From assembly GCA_051294375.1 (NCBI GenBank), contig CM119269.1, positions 16,295,010-16,359,009 on the forward strand: 64,000 nt of DNA, given 5' to 3'. The notes beneath the pieces were generated by a model. It made no database searches and was not told where the DNA came from. It saw only the letters and a list, made by a program, of their open reading frames with translations. Each line of letters begins with the position of its first letter. Position 1 is the stretch's first letter. This DNA comes from Paraspadella gotoi. Lineage: Eukaryota > Animalia > Chaetognatha. Shown here in pieces: positions 37,872 through 52,060 of this stretch. A program made the translations under genes and the position numbers.

Positions 37872-40722
37872 AAAAAGAAAAACCGAATTTCTTTCCAATT
37901 ATATCTCAGATATAAATTTGGGATTTTGTATTGAAAAAAAAAAGCGCGGAATAAATGGCGATAATAAAAGTTTTGAGAAGGAAAAAAATAATCAGAATTT
38001 TTCAAAAAAACGAACGATCGTACAGAGTGAGAGAGACAGAAAGACAGAAAGAGAGAAAAAGAGAGACAAAGAGACAGAAAGAAAGAGAAAGCTGGAAGCC
38101 AGCTGAACAGTCACTGCAGAACCTGAACTCGTTTTTTAAGGGTTCAGAAAAAGCAGCAACTGACAAATATAGGAAAAAATCTTATATATAATTTAAAGAA
38201 ATAAAAGAAAGGCAAAAATATGTTACAATTGTTTACAATTGGAAATTTTTCCAATTTTTTCCAATCGCAGCTTGTAAAAGATTTAATTTATATTTGTATT
38301 AAAATTAAGATATAGCTTCTCATTAAAAAAATCCTTTGAGTTCCCATTTTTTTTAAAAATTTAAAACAATTTTTTTGAATTTCATCTTCAATATTATATA
38401 CTGCAATATGTAAATTAGATTAAAGCATTTCTATATACTAATTTGGATATTATAAGGAGTACTTTAATCTCATTTGCATATTGCAGTAAATCATAATGAA
38501 GTGGAAATTCAAACAAAAAATACTTAAATCCAAATGTAATATGAAAATATCACAGCTATTTCAAGATGAAAAGCCATATCTAAATTTTTAACTTACTATG
38601 ATCGCCACCTTTTGTAAAAATTTATCATAATTCATAATAATTTTTATTTAAAAAAAAACGGTAAGTCACAGCCAAACCTATAAAAGCGTAGTAGTTTTTA
38701 TATATGAAAACAAAGCGTGACGGACGACGACGACGACGACGACGACGACGACTACGTCACAAAGAAGCAACCCTAAAACATTATAGAGGCCTGACCCGGC
38801 TTCGCCGGTCAAGGCTCGATAATAATGAAAGTTTTGGATTTATTGGTGTTAGACCGAGATTCGAAAATAGAACTGTAATAGAAATCTGATGTCGTTGCAA
38901 CAAACTCTCTTTTTTCAATTCAATGTAACCAAGAATTAAGACTAAATTCTTGATTATAAGGAGAAAATGCGAGATTCTGTCATATAATATTACCATACCA
39001 TTGTAATATATAGCACATTATAATAGTATCGAATTGCGCAGATCTGGTTGAATCGCATTTCACACGGTCGAGTTATGAAAAGAGGAAATTATGGCAACGG
39101 GAGGATAGCCTGTGATACCCGGGGCGCGGGGTATCTCACCAACTGGCGTAGGGGCTGCGGACCCTCAGTGACCGCCTCCTGTCACTGGCATGTTTATACC
39201 GGCACCGTCACATTTAAGCCAGAACCGGGATACCCAGGGATTGAACCCGGGACGCACGGATGGAATGAGATGATTTAGCCTGCTCAGCCATTGAGACGAG
39301 GCTGAGGACGGACAGCAGTGAGGCAGCTTTAAGTCTTGCTGCCACAAAATGCGATATATACAGGGAGGTTCAGCTCTTATGGGACTAACTTCAGCACAAA
39401 AACGGTTTGTGATAGAGTAAAAAAGGAACTATATTAGGAAACTAAGTTAAATTACCTTTCAATTGATGTAAAAAACATCTGGAAAATCCAACAGCAACTT
39501 TAGTAATTAAAGCTTTTTGTCAAAATTTTTCGTTTCGCTTTTGGGGAAATTTTAGCAAAAATCAAAATGAAGTCTGGTGACTCCTAGCTTTTGGCCATGC
39601 AGTTTTTCTGACTGCAATCCCCCTGATTAATAAAAATGTCGGATAAAGAAGCAGAACGTCCCACGCATCCCCTCCATAACTTTCGACTTTCTGACAGCAA
39701 CAATAGTAACAGAAATGACAGCATTCCCAACTGGCGCGTTCGGAAAAGCATATGTCGCCTTCTCTGAACCTTTGGAGAAGGTAATAGTGGCCAAAGGGGA
39801 ATCTCTTTATTTGATTGTGTTGTCGTTAAAGTTTTTCAGAAGTGTACCAATTTTTATTTTATTATTTTTTATTTACCCCGTCCAAAAAAAAAATTTAAGT
39901 TAGTCCCAATAGATCTGGACCTCCCTGTATATGAGCAAAAAAATCTTAGAAGAGTTACTTATTTAGAAAGTAGGTAGACAGCGCATCTGAGTTATTGAGA
40001 CAATGATCCGATTACAAAATAGAATGAAATATTCGCTAAATAATTTCGTTCAGGCGCATGGAGGTTTTAAGACTTGATTTCATGTCGAGCTTAAATTCAA
40101 TAACCGCTAGACCCGCTTATCTACATATCAGCAATATCTCACGCATTCTTCGCAGTCAAGCTCACCCTCGCCGGGGAGTTCCCCGCCCAAGATGTTCCTC
40201 ACGGCGCCGCGTTGGACCTCGACACCGGTCCGAGGATTTATCGGCGCCGATTTGTGGGGTGGATGGACCGACGCCGGAGGATGACGCCGCTCGGGATCCC
40301 ACATCCGGCGCGCGTCGCCGTCAAAAGGCGTCGCGTCTTCGCCGGCTCCTTTTTTTGGGGGGGGGAGGTTGCGGGTTGTTGTTGTTGTTGTTAATGATTA
40401 ATCGTTTTTATAAGTATTAGCCACCTTTATAAATTTATAAATCATTAGTCAACTTTCACTTATTTCACTTTCACCATCCATTTTCTGTGAATACGACAGT
40501 TATTCACAGTTAAATCGTTGTAAATTTTTGGGAATCTAATCTGTTCTTTTTCACCCTCTCCACTTGCCGTTCCACTTTGCTCCGGTGAAAATTCCAAGTC
40601 ACTCGCCACTCACCAGCTAGCGGGTCGTGAACTGCCGAAGTGATGGCATCGAAAGTGGCGGTTTTACCCAGTGACTCCGCTTGTTTGTTCGGGGCGCCGG
40701 GGCCTAATAGCTTATCCGCCAT
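36025..40722 (-). CDS. Uncharacterised ~203-aa protein with short TExxDR[YF] repeats (possible ciliary microtubule inner protein)
   Basis: Exons 40722-40614, 40348-40166, 36576-36414 and 36181-36025 join in frame (phases 1,1,2) with canonical sites; start codon uncertain. Confidence 0.75.
36680..36900. repeat. ~20-bp minisatellite (aaccaaatattgatgcgatgat-like)
   Basis: Progressively diverging tandem units. Confidence 0.85.
38375..38515. repeat. Palindromic foldback/MITE-like hairpin
   Basis: tactgcaatatgtaaattagattaaag pairs with ctttaatctcatttgcatattgcagta, and pairing extends outward; a related fragment lies near 52600. Confidence 0.6.
39100..39305 (-). mobile_element. tRNA-derived SINE-like element
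   Basis: Minus strand tggctgagcaggctaa (A-box-like) ... gggttcaatccc (B-box); boundaries approximate. Confidence 0.5.
39361..39927. mobile_element. Tc1/mariner-type MITE (567 bp)
   Basis: TA|CAGGGAGGTTCAGCTCTTATGGGACTAAC ... GTTAGTCCCAATAGATCTGGACCTCCCTG|TA, ~29-bp TIRs with TA duplication. Confidence 0.85.
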
Positions 40723-40861
40723 TGCCTACAATATCGTATTATAATTATATAATTTATAATACCGTAAATACGTGTTTTATTTTTTTCTACAGTACTTACC
40801 TAAATCTGAAATCTTTCCAAGAACGGTTCTTAAATTTTTGGAAAGTGTATTGGCACGAGAC

Positions 40862-40946
<85 letters not shown>

Positions 40947-41316
40947 TTGCCTAGTAACCGAACAGATGACATGCGAACAAAATAAAAGAACAATTATTTA
41001 GGGCCTGCACTTCTGGAAAAAGCCTTACTAAGTCTGTGTTTACTTTTTGTTTGATGTTGACGATTCTAACATATATTCAAAAACAGTATTACTTAGTATT
41101 AAAATTATAGATCACTACAAAAGTCATTACGATTTGTAAAAGCTTCTTTGAAAACTTAAGAGTCAGAGTGATTCTTGGCTGAGGTCAGTGACTCTTGTCT
41201 CACCTCAGGAAATTTCTTTTTTTCCGATGAAGAGAATCTTCCGTCATTTTCGAGACAAGTCCATCTCGGAGTTGTCCAAACAATACGATAGGGACAAGGA
41301 ACGTGATAGGGGATAT

Positions 41317-41375
<59 letters not shown>

Positions 41376-44300
41376 AGGCGTGACGTTAGTCCTCCTCCCC
41401 CGAGACGCTCGACCACTTCCGATTTTACGGAGTCGATTTCGCAGTCGACTTCGTCGTCGCCCACGCGGGGAATTTGGACTCGACGATCGCCGCGAATCGA
41501 GTGACAGGGCGAGTCGTCAAACGCCAAGGCGTGTCATCAAATGCCACGCGTCATGTCATCTCCCGACGCGCGGAGGAAATTAAAAGGAGCCTCATGGGAA
41601 GAGTTGACGTTAAATTTTCGGTCTTCGTTGTCGTCGTCGTCGTCGTCGTTTCTGAAAAACAGACTTGCTGATCCTCGACCGACGGAACAATGTACCGATT
41701 GATTGTTGGGCAACCGATAGAGGTCCATAGTCAGAATCATTTACTTGGTCGTTATTGTTATACATATCGTTATTGCGTTCATTTAGAACAACCATCGCGA
41801 TTTATTCATTTTAGAAAAGGCGTAGCCCGCTGAATGTCGAGCCTTTAAATTAAGCCGCTCCAGACAACACAGCCGGTAAGAACGGGCTGAACAATCGATA
41901 ATTCTATTCCACCGATCAATCAATCAATTGATTTAGTTCTCTCCTCTTCCCTCAATCGTTCTATTCGTCGTGGGGGTTTTAATAGTTTTAATAGTTTTTT
42001 TTTAACGAGGGCGACGACTTAGTTAATCGCTGACACATGAAAAAGAAATGTGAGGCAAATCGGAGGTGATTAACGAAAAATATAGTTCCCCCCCCTCATC
42101 GACCTAGAATTTACGTAATAATATCCTAATTATTATATCATAATTTTTTCTTCGATCTTTTACGTCTCTGGCTGATAAGTTAACGATGCTTCAGGCAACT
42201 AAAAAACTATCCTCCCCAGCGGGAACGAACCCTGGAACTTGCTCGAATGTTTTGTCTTAGATGCCAAAGAATTTAAGCTTCTGCAGGATATTCAACAATG
42301 AAACTGGTCCATGCAAGCTGCTGCACCGAGCCTGTGTAGGTTTTACCATATAAATCTCTTGGAAATTTCTTCTAGTGGTCCGTAGCCAAGACGTTCTCAA
42401 GAACCCAATAACATAAACGTCGCTTAAAATAATAAAACTCGAGGCGACATTCACAAATCCCGTTTCGTGTTTTTCGAGTCTTTATCGTTTTTCCGATGCC
42501 AGTCGACGTCGACAGTTAATCCCCAACCGAAAGAATCCCCGTGGCCAGAAACGATGTATTTTGAAGCGCAACAATATTGCGTTTGGCTCGAATGTCCGAG
42601 GCGGTGGCCGGGAAAATGAAATCCTCGCTTAGTGAGGGTGGTCAATTTTTATTAAATAATTCCGCGTAACTTAAAGCGTATCGCTTATTCCTTAATTACA
42701 TATTCTTTCCAATTTTACGAAAATAGTTTTATATATTTTCAGAGTCATGATTCTGGCGGGATTAGATTCAATTGATAGCTGAGAATAGATTCGGTCTTTG
42801 CATACCAGAAGAAAAATTAAAACTTAGTAGAAATAATAATTTATTCATAATTTATTCTCAGCTATCATTTGAAAATAGTTTTGAAAACGGAAACCTTATA
42901 AATATTTAGCGATTATTTTGCGCAGTATTCCTAGTTTGCTTTAATGTAAAAAAAGGCTTATATTAATTTGAGGTATGCTTATAACATCTTGACCCGCTCT
43001 TTTATTAAAGTCAACCACACAATGTTTAATAGTAGATCGATACGAACTCGGACAACAAAAAGAAATGAAATTTAAAAAAAATTGTGTGACCATCTGCAAA
43101 TAAAGGTCGGCCTTGGAGATAAGAAAGTTCGATTCCTTGACCAAGGAATTACAAGAATTATTGTTCCAAACGTAGTAATTGCCTTTACTTACTTCCGTCG
43201 ATTTATTTAACTTTAACTTTGACTTTGGTGAACTAATTATATATTGGTACAATTCATTCAATAAACAAGCTAAGTCGGTGAATTGTTGCGACTATTTTTC
43301 TCGTCGTTAAATATCTTCACTCGGGTATAACCTTATAGCTTAATGATTTCTAACGATATCATTGACCACATATGGCGACGCCCTCCCTTGGGAGAACGCG
43401 GAACTTTGCGTTGGCGTCGACGACGACAACGCCGACGACAACGACGACGCCGACGCCTCGCGACTATAAAAGCGAAGAAGATTCGTTGTTCGGAGAAAAA
43501 GTTTTGGTCAATGAAGAAAAAGAATCACGCGTCTTGGACGACGACGAAAACGACGAACTGAACGATACGACGAACTTATATACAAGGTGAGTTACATCCA
43601 CAACAATAAAGTATATAGTATATGTAACATAAATGATATAGAATCTTTATTTTAATAACAACGTATTATTAATATTTATTATTTATTATTATTATTAATA
43701 TTATGTTTCAAAGTTTCGATCGCTAAATATTATAGTCTTTTTCCAATTCATAACTGGTAACCTGGTAAGTATCTAAAAATAAATGCTCGAGCCCCCATTG
43801 ACTGTTAGTTTTCCCTAAAAACGACAAAATTATCGATAGTCTCGCTCCTTTTAATTTCCTTTTAATTAAACTTAATTGACGAAATCGTAAATATTCGTCT
43901 TGATAGCAATGGCGATTTATTGAGCGAAGAAAAGACTTTGAATACAAAATTAAGAATATTTTAAACTGATTCGGGAGTGAAAAGTTTTTTACTTTTTTTT
44001 CTCGGTCTCAAAAGATTTATTTTTAAATGCTTGGAATCCAAATTCTCACCCATTTAACTCAAGTGGCCCAAAAATGGTAAGATGGTTTTACCTGCCACTA
44101 AAAATATAATAAGAGTCTCCCCGTTCAAATAATTAAAATTTACATACTATATAATTTTTTTTTTACCAGATTACATTTTCGTTTAAACGATGGCCGGAAT
44201 TCTTCAAAGCCGACCCAATATGAGGTTTGTTACATAAATTTAAAAAATGTAGCTTACATATATTTCCTTTTAAAATAGTAAGAGAGCGAGATAGAAAAAA

Positions 44301-44598
44301 ATAGTTGCGGGAAATTTTTCTCTCTGTCTCAATCAGCAAAACTGAGAGTTTTTCCATCTCTGTCTCAATTCCGCAACGAATGAGACGCGGCGAAATTGCA
44401 AAATACTCCCAGGTTGGTTTTTCTGACGTGCCGCGATTTCCAACCACTCCCCAGGCGATTTGGCAGGAGTGTTTTTTATTCTTCTCTGTTGACCATTACT
44501 TAATTCCTAGGGAGTTGTTAGACAAAAGCAGAAGGAATTCTAACTTTTAGATTACTGAAAATAGTAAGAATGCGAGAAATAAATGAATGAAACAAAGT

Positions 44599-44666
<68 letters not shown>

Positions 44667-44886
44667 AAAAGATGAAAGAAAGAGATAAAAAAATAATTAA
44701 ATAATTAAATAAATAAATTAATGAATAAATAAATGATTAAATAAATATATAAATAAGTAAATAAATAAATAAATGAAAACCAGAGAAAGAAAGAAAGAAA
44801 GACAGACAGACAGGTAGAAACCAAACATACAAACAAATGAACAAACAAATAAAAAAACCTCGTTTACCTTCAGGGGCGAGCGAAGC

Positions 44887-47157
44887 ATGGACATCAGCTC
44901 GGCAGCCCCGCGCTCTTCCTCCCGCCCAACCTCTAGCCCCCTCTTTCATCCCTTCCTCCTCCTCCTTCTCCTCGTTGGGAGCGAAATAGCGACGTCGGCG
45001 GCGTTTCCACGAAGCTCGGGACGCAACATAGCGGAAACAAATGAACACGACGAATTGCAGGAGATGAAGGTAATGAAATGTAAAGTATTTAATCCTCTTA
45101 ATGTAAAAAGCGTTGAAGAAATGACGAATATAATTTGGTGAACAAAAAAGAATCGAACTCTGCGATTTAATGGAACCGAGTCACTGAGCAATACAATTAC
45201 AATGCAATGCTGGACAACCGTTAAATGAGCTTCGGACCGTCCTGGCCCATTTGATGAAACCGAATCACAGAGCAATATAATTACAATGCTTTGCTCCACG
45301 ACCGTTTAACGAGCTTCGGACCGTCATGCATAGTTAAATCTTTGGGTCGTCCCCGGAGAAAACATGGCACCTAAGGTTAAAACGGAGTTTTATGGCTAAT
45401 TAGAAGATTCAGTTGATGAGAAAAAATGAATACAATGTCCAAAAAATTTCTTCTGATTCGTGATTCGTGATTCCTGAAGGGTGAGAAAGAGAGAGAGAGA
45501 ACCAGCCACTTATGGTCCGAGAGTTGTCCTCTATAGTTTGAAAACGGCTGTTATTATAGCCGCACTATTTTTTATTTTAGGATATTAAAATGAAAATGAA
45601 TCTTTTTTTTTTAAATAAAATCAGACAGCATATATTCTATATTTGTCAATTATCATCAGTTGACATCGAAAGGTTTTCACATCAAAGAACATCGATGGGA
45701 AAGAACAACAAATCTAAATAGATATAGAAAAACAGAGAAAAGACAGAAACTGATGGACGAATTACGTGGGACGTGAAATACGATTTTCTTCGCAGATAAA
45801 ATCTTTTTGCGGCGAAAAAAAAAACTACGCAGCAACAACAACGACAACAACTGCAAAGTAGAAATTGGTTCGGGTTTTATCCTACTTTTATCTTTATTGC
45901 TTTTCCTCTTCCTCGAAGTTGACGGCGCATGGCCGAAGTGAATGTAGCATTGACGCGAGGCTGGCGTTGTAATGGCGCAGCGATGGAGGCGGCGAATGTC
46001 CCCCATTGACAGAAGGAACCAATGGTCCAACGATAAGACGAGTCCCAAATCTTTTTGCCTCTTGGTCTCTCGGTCCAGTCTACCCGATACTAAAGTCCCT
46101 TTTTTCAAATCTGTTTGTCAGTCATTATGTCGATCTGGATGTTTAGAATTTTAATATATTTAACAAAATTAATTGATGTAAAAGAGATATTTTTTAGTAA
46201 ACCATTTCATTTGATTTGCTCGATCCGTTCTTCTCCCCCTCGAACCGCTTCCACCCCAATTCTCTCTAACCCCCTCTCTTCTCGCCCACCCCCCTCTCAA
46301 CTCCCCAACCCCCTCTACACTCCAAGTCCTCCGACTTTTTCCTCGAATTGATGCGCGCTTGGATGGCGGCGCGCGATGCCGAGGAAGCCAAGGGCCGCGG
46401 CGCGAGGGAGGAATTCCGCGTCCCGGAAGCGAAGAGGGGCGAAGAGAAGGCGTCGACGAAACACAGGAAAAGGTGAGTGGGGGGAACCGATTGATTGTCG
46501 GATTGATTGATTTATTATCGGATTTATTGATAGATTTTTGGGTTGATTGGTCCGTTGTTTGTTGAATTTTTCAGTGATACGCTACTTGGTTGGATGAAAT
46601 TATGAAATTATGATAATTTACGTATTTTTTAATGTTAGTTTGTTTGTTGATTATTTGTATTATACTAATAATTATTAATTAATTAATTAATTAATTATTA
46701 TTTGATCGATTGCAGAGACGACTCTGAGCTGGTGACAATGGAGGAGCTCGCCGTCCTCTGCAAGCACAACCCAGTGACGTGCTTCGGGCGGAGGCGGAGG
46801 CGGAGCGCCGATCCCAGGACCCATGGTGCGTGGTTTGCGGAGGGCTGGGCAGGCAGGGGGCTGGGCGGGCGTGTGGCCGGGCAATTCTGAGGCTGAGCTG
46901 CAGTCAAAAAGAAGTGAGGCGACATAAAACCGTAGATTCAACTGGCGAAAAGAGACAATTTTTAAATATTCGTTTGTTTTTTTTTTGTTTTTTTCTCTAA
47001 CGGTCTAAAGATACTTCAGTGATCTCGAGTCATGTTCATGTATATTACTTCAAGTAACAAGCAACTCGTTCTCTACGGTTGCCAATTTTCAGGTTCTAGT
47101 GGACAGAGTCGTGATTTCCTGGATCAAGAACACGACGCCAATCAAGAGGCGCAATAA
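44887..47157 (+). CDS. Allatostatin-C-type (somatostatin-related) neuropeptide precursor, ~167 aa; in-frame upstream exon at 43372-43587
   Basis: Exons 44887-45069, 46327-46472, 46716-46825 and 47093-47157 are in phase. Hydrophobic signal FLLLLLLVGSEIATSAA, then RKR-DDSELVTMEELAVLCKHNPVTCF-GRRRRR. Confidence 0.85.
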
Positions 47158-47428
47158 AGTCTGGAGTCTCGCGACTGAAATTCTACCGACGACCATCTTC
47201 CGCGACGATGACCTCAACTCGACCCAAACTAAACTACGACGATGATGACCCCAAATTTACGACGCTAATTTACGCGACAAACATCCTCAAGTTACACTTA
47301 CGGCTTTATGACTAAATTTAAACAAATTCTAAAACATTAAGATAAATTAAAATATAAACAAACAAAACCAGACGAAAAATCGCTAACCCTTTAACTTTCT
47401 ACGTTCTGCCTTCCAATATCCACTCTCT

Positions 47429-47511
47429 AACGACAACGACAACAACGACAACAACGACAACAACGACAACAACGACAACAACGACAACAACGACAACAAC
47501 GACAACAACGA
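47429..47511. repeat. (AACGACAAC)n 9-bp tandem repeat
   Basis: Direct reading; lies downstream of the neuropeptide stop codon. Confidence 0.9.
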
Positions 47512-48345
47512 CTCCGACCCAGTCTTTCCGCTCCGATCTTTGAAAGCTCCACTCCAGCACCGACCCGGATCCGCTGCTCCTACTCCGACCCAGAGACTCT
47601 GCTCCAGCTGCGACCTGAGAATCACGACTCGCAACTACGAACTACGACTACATCATGAAGACTCAGACCCCGGATGCGAGCAGGACCTCCGCGGAACCTG
47701 CGAACACGACCTACGATCACGAAATACAAACTTAATTTGTATATAGAAAAAAAAAATGAAAATAAAACTTTTGTACGTATTTATTACATGTATTTTTACG
47801 TGAAGAAAATCTTCCCTTCCATTTACTACTTTTGCATTCTCATTTACATTTAAGATTTTGTAATCCTTTGTACCTTTCGTAACACCGAAATTATAGTATT
47901 GGCCAATGGGTATTAACTTTTGAATCCCCATTTTCGTTTAAATTGTAAATTAATTTCTAAATCGCTGATTATAATAAAGTAATATTGCTGTGCATTTTAC
48001 GTGTTTTAAATTTTAAGATAAAATCACACAGTTGTTAGGTATCTATTTATTCTTTCTGAATAATTAAAAAATTGAAGGTTACTTCAGACCAATTAGGTCA
48101 TATAATTCTATAAAAAAAAACATGTTAACGTGTATATGACTTAGTTACTACCAACGGCGCCTCCAGGGCGCGAACCCAGGACCTTTCCGACGTCAACCCC
48201 CTTATTATCGTCGCGAAAGAAAGTAACAAAGGAGAAGGAAGAAAAGGATGAGATCTGCCAAGTCCCGAAGACGAAACAAGGAAATGTCGTGACGACGAGA
48301 AACTTTTTATAGAAATATTTTCGCTGAGTTGAAAAAGAATTGAAA

Positions 48346-48380
<35 letters not shown>

Positions 48381-48952
48381 TCTCCTTCTAACCTCGCGAC
48401 GGAAACAAAACATGACATTTTTTTATTCAAATGAGAAGATATTATCGATAAAATTTGTAATCAATGAAAATTATTTTATTTAAAGTTTCGCCGTTAGCAA
48501 CTGCGGGTTGAAAAAGTTCTTTGAATCCAATTATCGAAGTAAAAAAAAATTGTTTTTAAAAATCGTAATGATCTTCGTAATTTGACCTCTGACCTTTGAA
48601 AACTTTTGACCTCAAAAAAAAAAGAAGCCATGTCTATGAAATTGAATATGAATGTCAATGACCTTCTTTCCTAAAAGGAAAAGAGACCCACGGAATATCG
48701 AAATTGACTACGACATAAATAACTAACTTTTAACTAAACTACATCTTAGTAACTATTGTTTTCGCCATTTTTTCACGTTATATATATTCTAAACTTTTCC
48801 AATGTTGACGAGTAATTTCGTTAATATTGTTTGACATTAATTGTACGAACGGAATAACAAATAAGCGTCCTGAAATCTTAAATTAACTTCCGGATTCGGT
48901 AACATATTTCATATTTTCTTTCTTCATATTAATCATATTTTTTTTTTCCCAG

Positions 48953-51482
48953 GACGAAGCGCGTCTCGCCGGAAAATGTCTTGACAAGCGGTTTTGCCGG
49001 TCAGAAACGACAACGACGACAACGAAGACCACGNNNNNNNNNNTAACGAAGAGAACGACGCCGACGACGAGGAGAACGACCAACGGACATTTTGACTCCA
49101 AAGATCATGAAATTGCAGACCGGCGGTGCGGGGACGGAGGCGTATGGAAGGGGCCTCGGATCGGGGACTGAGAGGGCAGAGAGAGCAGAGAGGACGGACA
49201 GAGGGGAGAGGGCAGAGAGGACGGACAGAGCGGAGAGGGCAGAGGGACGACGAAACGTTCAATCGCCCCCGATGGACGTCGCTGGGGACCGACAGAATTC
49301 GGGCAATTCGGCTCAGGTCCACGGATTCATTTCAAACAGAATCCGATACAGGTTCGAAGCGAATCTCGTTTTCTTTTGTTGATCTTCAAAACCGCCCTCC
49401 GTTGCCATGACGACCAAGTCTGGTTTTAACTTTTTTTTTTCTTTTTTATGTGATGTTTTTTCCCATTTTATATCACCGTAAACAACTGAATAAGCGACAG
49501 GGCGGACGACATTTACGTCATTCAAACTCTGGAGAGATTTTTTTTTCCCCATCTTAATTTCCCGTTTGACGTTTGACCTTTGCGAACTTCGGACTTTTTT
49601 TCTTCCTAATTTCCTTCCAACAATTTAGCTGTCTCTCTCTCTCGCTAGTATTTTTTTTCTTTTTGAATAAGATTACAAACACAGTTTTTGTTCTTTCTAT
49701 ATAAACGATATTACTTTTTTTTTATGGTTAATTCGCGCCTTTAAATTCATTTTATTCTGGCAACGGATTTAAATTTCGAGTTTATCTATGTCTTTCCTTT
49801 AGTGACCTTTAAAAATCCTTTTTTTTAGTTCGATTTAGACGTCACTTAAGTCGTCCTTTTCTTTTGAAAACATGTTTCATCGATTCAGCCAAAAATTAAA
49901 AGAAAACTATATTTTTCATACTAAAATTGAATTATAAGACAATTTAAAAGAAAAAAATTTGACCCACTTAAGGAAATGATTTTTAAACGATTTTTGATAA
50001 CTATTTAAAAACAATTCAATTATACTTTTAAAACAAACAATTAACGATTTTTATATTTTGTCATTTTACTCATTTCGACCATTGCCGAAATTAAACTCAC
50101 GAAGAATTATTTTTTTAAATATGAAATTTTCCAATTGTCCACACCTTCTAGACTGTTTAAAATCACTATCCGACTTTTAATCCCATGAAATTGGTACAAA
50201 CAATATAAAAATTTTAAGAATATATAAAAATTATTATTTTATTTTTAAATTCTTACTCCTCTTTTCTTCATAATTACATTTCCTTTTCCCTCTCTGTCAC
50301 AACCCAGTTTGCGGGATAACAATTTAAGCAACCCCCTCCCCTCTTTTCGTCCATTTTTAGGCCGACGCCAAGTGATGCCTTCAAACAGAATCTCAAGTCG
50401 GGCAACAGTCCCAGCCTGTGTTCGCTCGGCACCAGCCATTCGCAGACGGATGGTAAGTCTAGGTTAATTTGAATTAGGAGGGTTCGAGGCAAAGCCATTG
50501 ACTAAAATGTAAATTGATTATTATTAAGCAATTCCTAGTGATATTTTTAAAAAACGATTCATCCAAATGAATATAAATATTCGAAAAAAAACCTTGTCAA
50601 TCCCACTAGTAATTTCTTAATCATTAATACCCAGTATTACCTATTTAATGTATTTATAATTGCCTGTTTATAAAATCTCTTAAATTGTATGTTTTTGGCG
50701 ATTTGGTCCGTTAAGAACGAAACGTATTCGAATGATAATTTGCGGGGTTTTTTTTTACAGAGGATCTTTTACGAGTTTATTATGGTAAGTCTATCAATTA
50801 ACCAAGGTCGACAATGACCTCGTTAATTTTCATTTGTTAATCACGAAATCTCACGAAAAGTCGTCTTGAGTTATTTGTCATGTATCAAAAGTGACAAGGT
50901 AAGTTTATTGTTATATTAATTACGAGAATAAATTAAATTTTGTCCGCAGGCAAAATCTCGTCGGGCTCGTCTTCCGTACACGACAGGAAAGATGCAGTTC
51001 TTAGAGAGCTCTACCGCAGCGGAGTCAAAGGTCTATTTTCTGTTTTTATGGCAATCAGTGTGTCAGTTTTTATGTATGTGTATATTTGGATAACTCTATC
51101 AACTCTGTAGCAGCTAAGTTGAATATTTCTGCCTTTATGTCTCTCGGTCTGAGTGTCTTAGCTACGGAACAGTTGTGCCTCCACAAAGTTTCTATATATT
51201 TGCTATATATTTCTTTACGTCTGTTTGACTGTCGCTGTCTGTCCGTCCGTCCGTCTGACTTTCACTGTCTGTTCGTCTCAAAGTCTCTCTAGCTCTCCCT
51301 TCTCTCTCACGCCCATATCAGCTCCTCTCCTCAGCGACATCCAGCGGACGGTTTCCCCGGCCTGCCTCTTGAGCCCCGACTTCGCCTACGCGGAACCTTA
51401 CTTCAATGCTTGGATCCTGGGATCGAAAGGGGAAGCCACGATTCAATTAGGTCGACGGGGCGAAGTTGATGGCGTCGTTATT

Positions 51483-51518
<36 letters not shown>

Positions 51519-51529
51519 AAGGGCGTCGT

Positions 51530-51617
<88 letters not shown>

Positions 51618-51981
51618 TATTTCTTTCTTTCTTTCTTTCATAACTACGTAAATTGCACATCTGATTTTAGCCTATTTCAAACTCATAACTACATACAAAA
51701 ACTAATATGTGAAATGTTGAGTATCTCAACCAAATTAATATTCACTCAGAATTTAATCTCTTCACAGATTCTCCGCCTTCCAGAAAAGTCACCCCGGGAA
51801 AGAAGATAAGACCGGACAACAACAACAACAACAACAATAACGACAATAGCAACAATAATAAAAAACAAAGGAGAATCGGAAAAAAAACTACATTAAAAAT
51901 GTTGAAAGGTAAATGTGAAAAAATATAAAGAAAATCATGAAAGAAAGAAAGAAAGAAAAAAAGAAAGAAAAAAATAAAGAT

Positions 51982-52060
<79 letters not shown>

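Noticed and set aside
42250-42650. GC-richer exon-like patches between the MIP-like and neuropeptide genes
   Set aside because: No consistent spliced reading frame to either neighbour; may be UTR exons.
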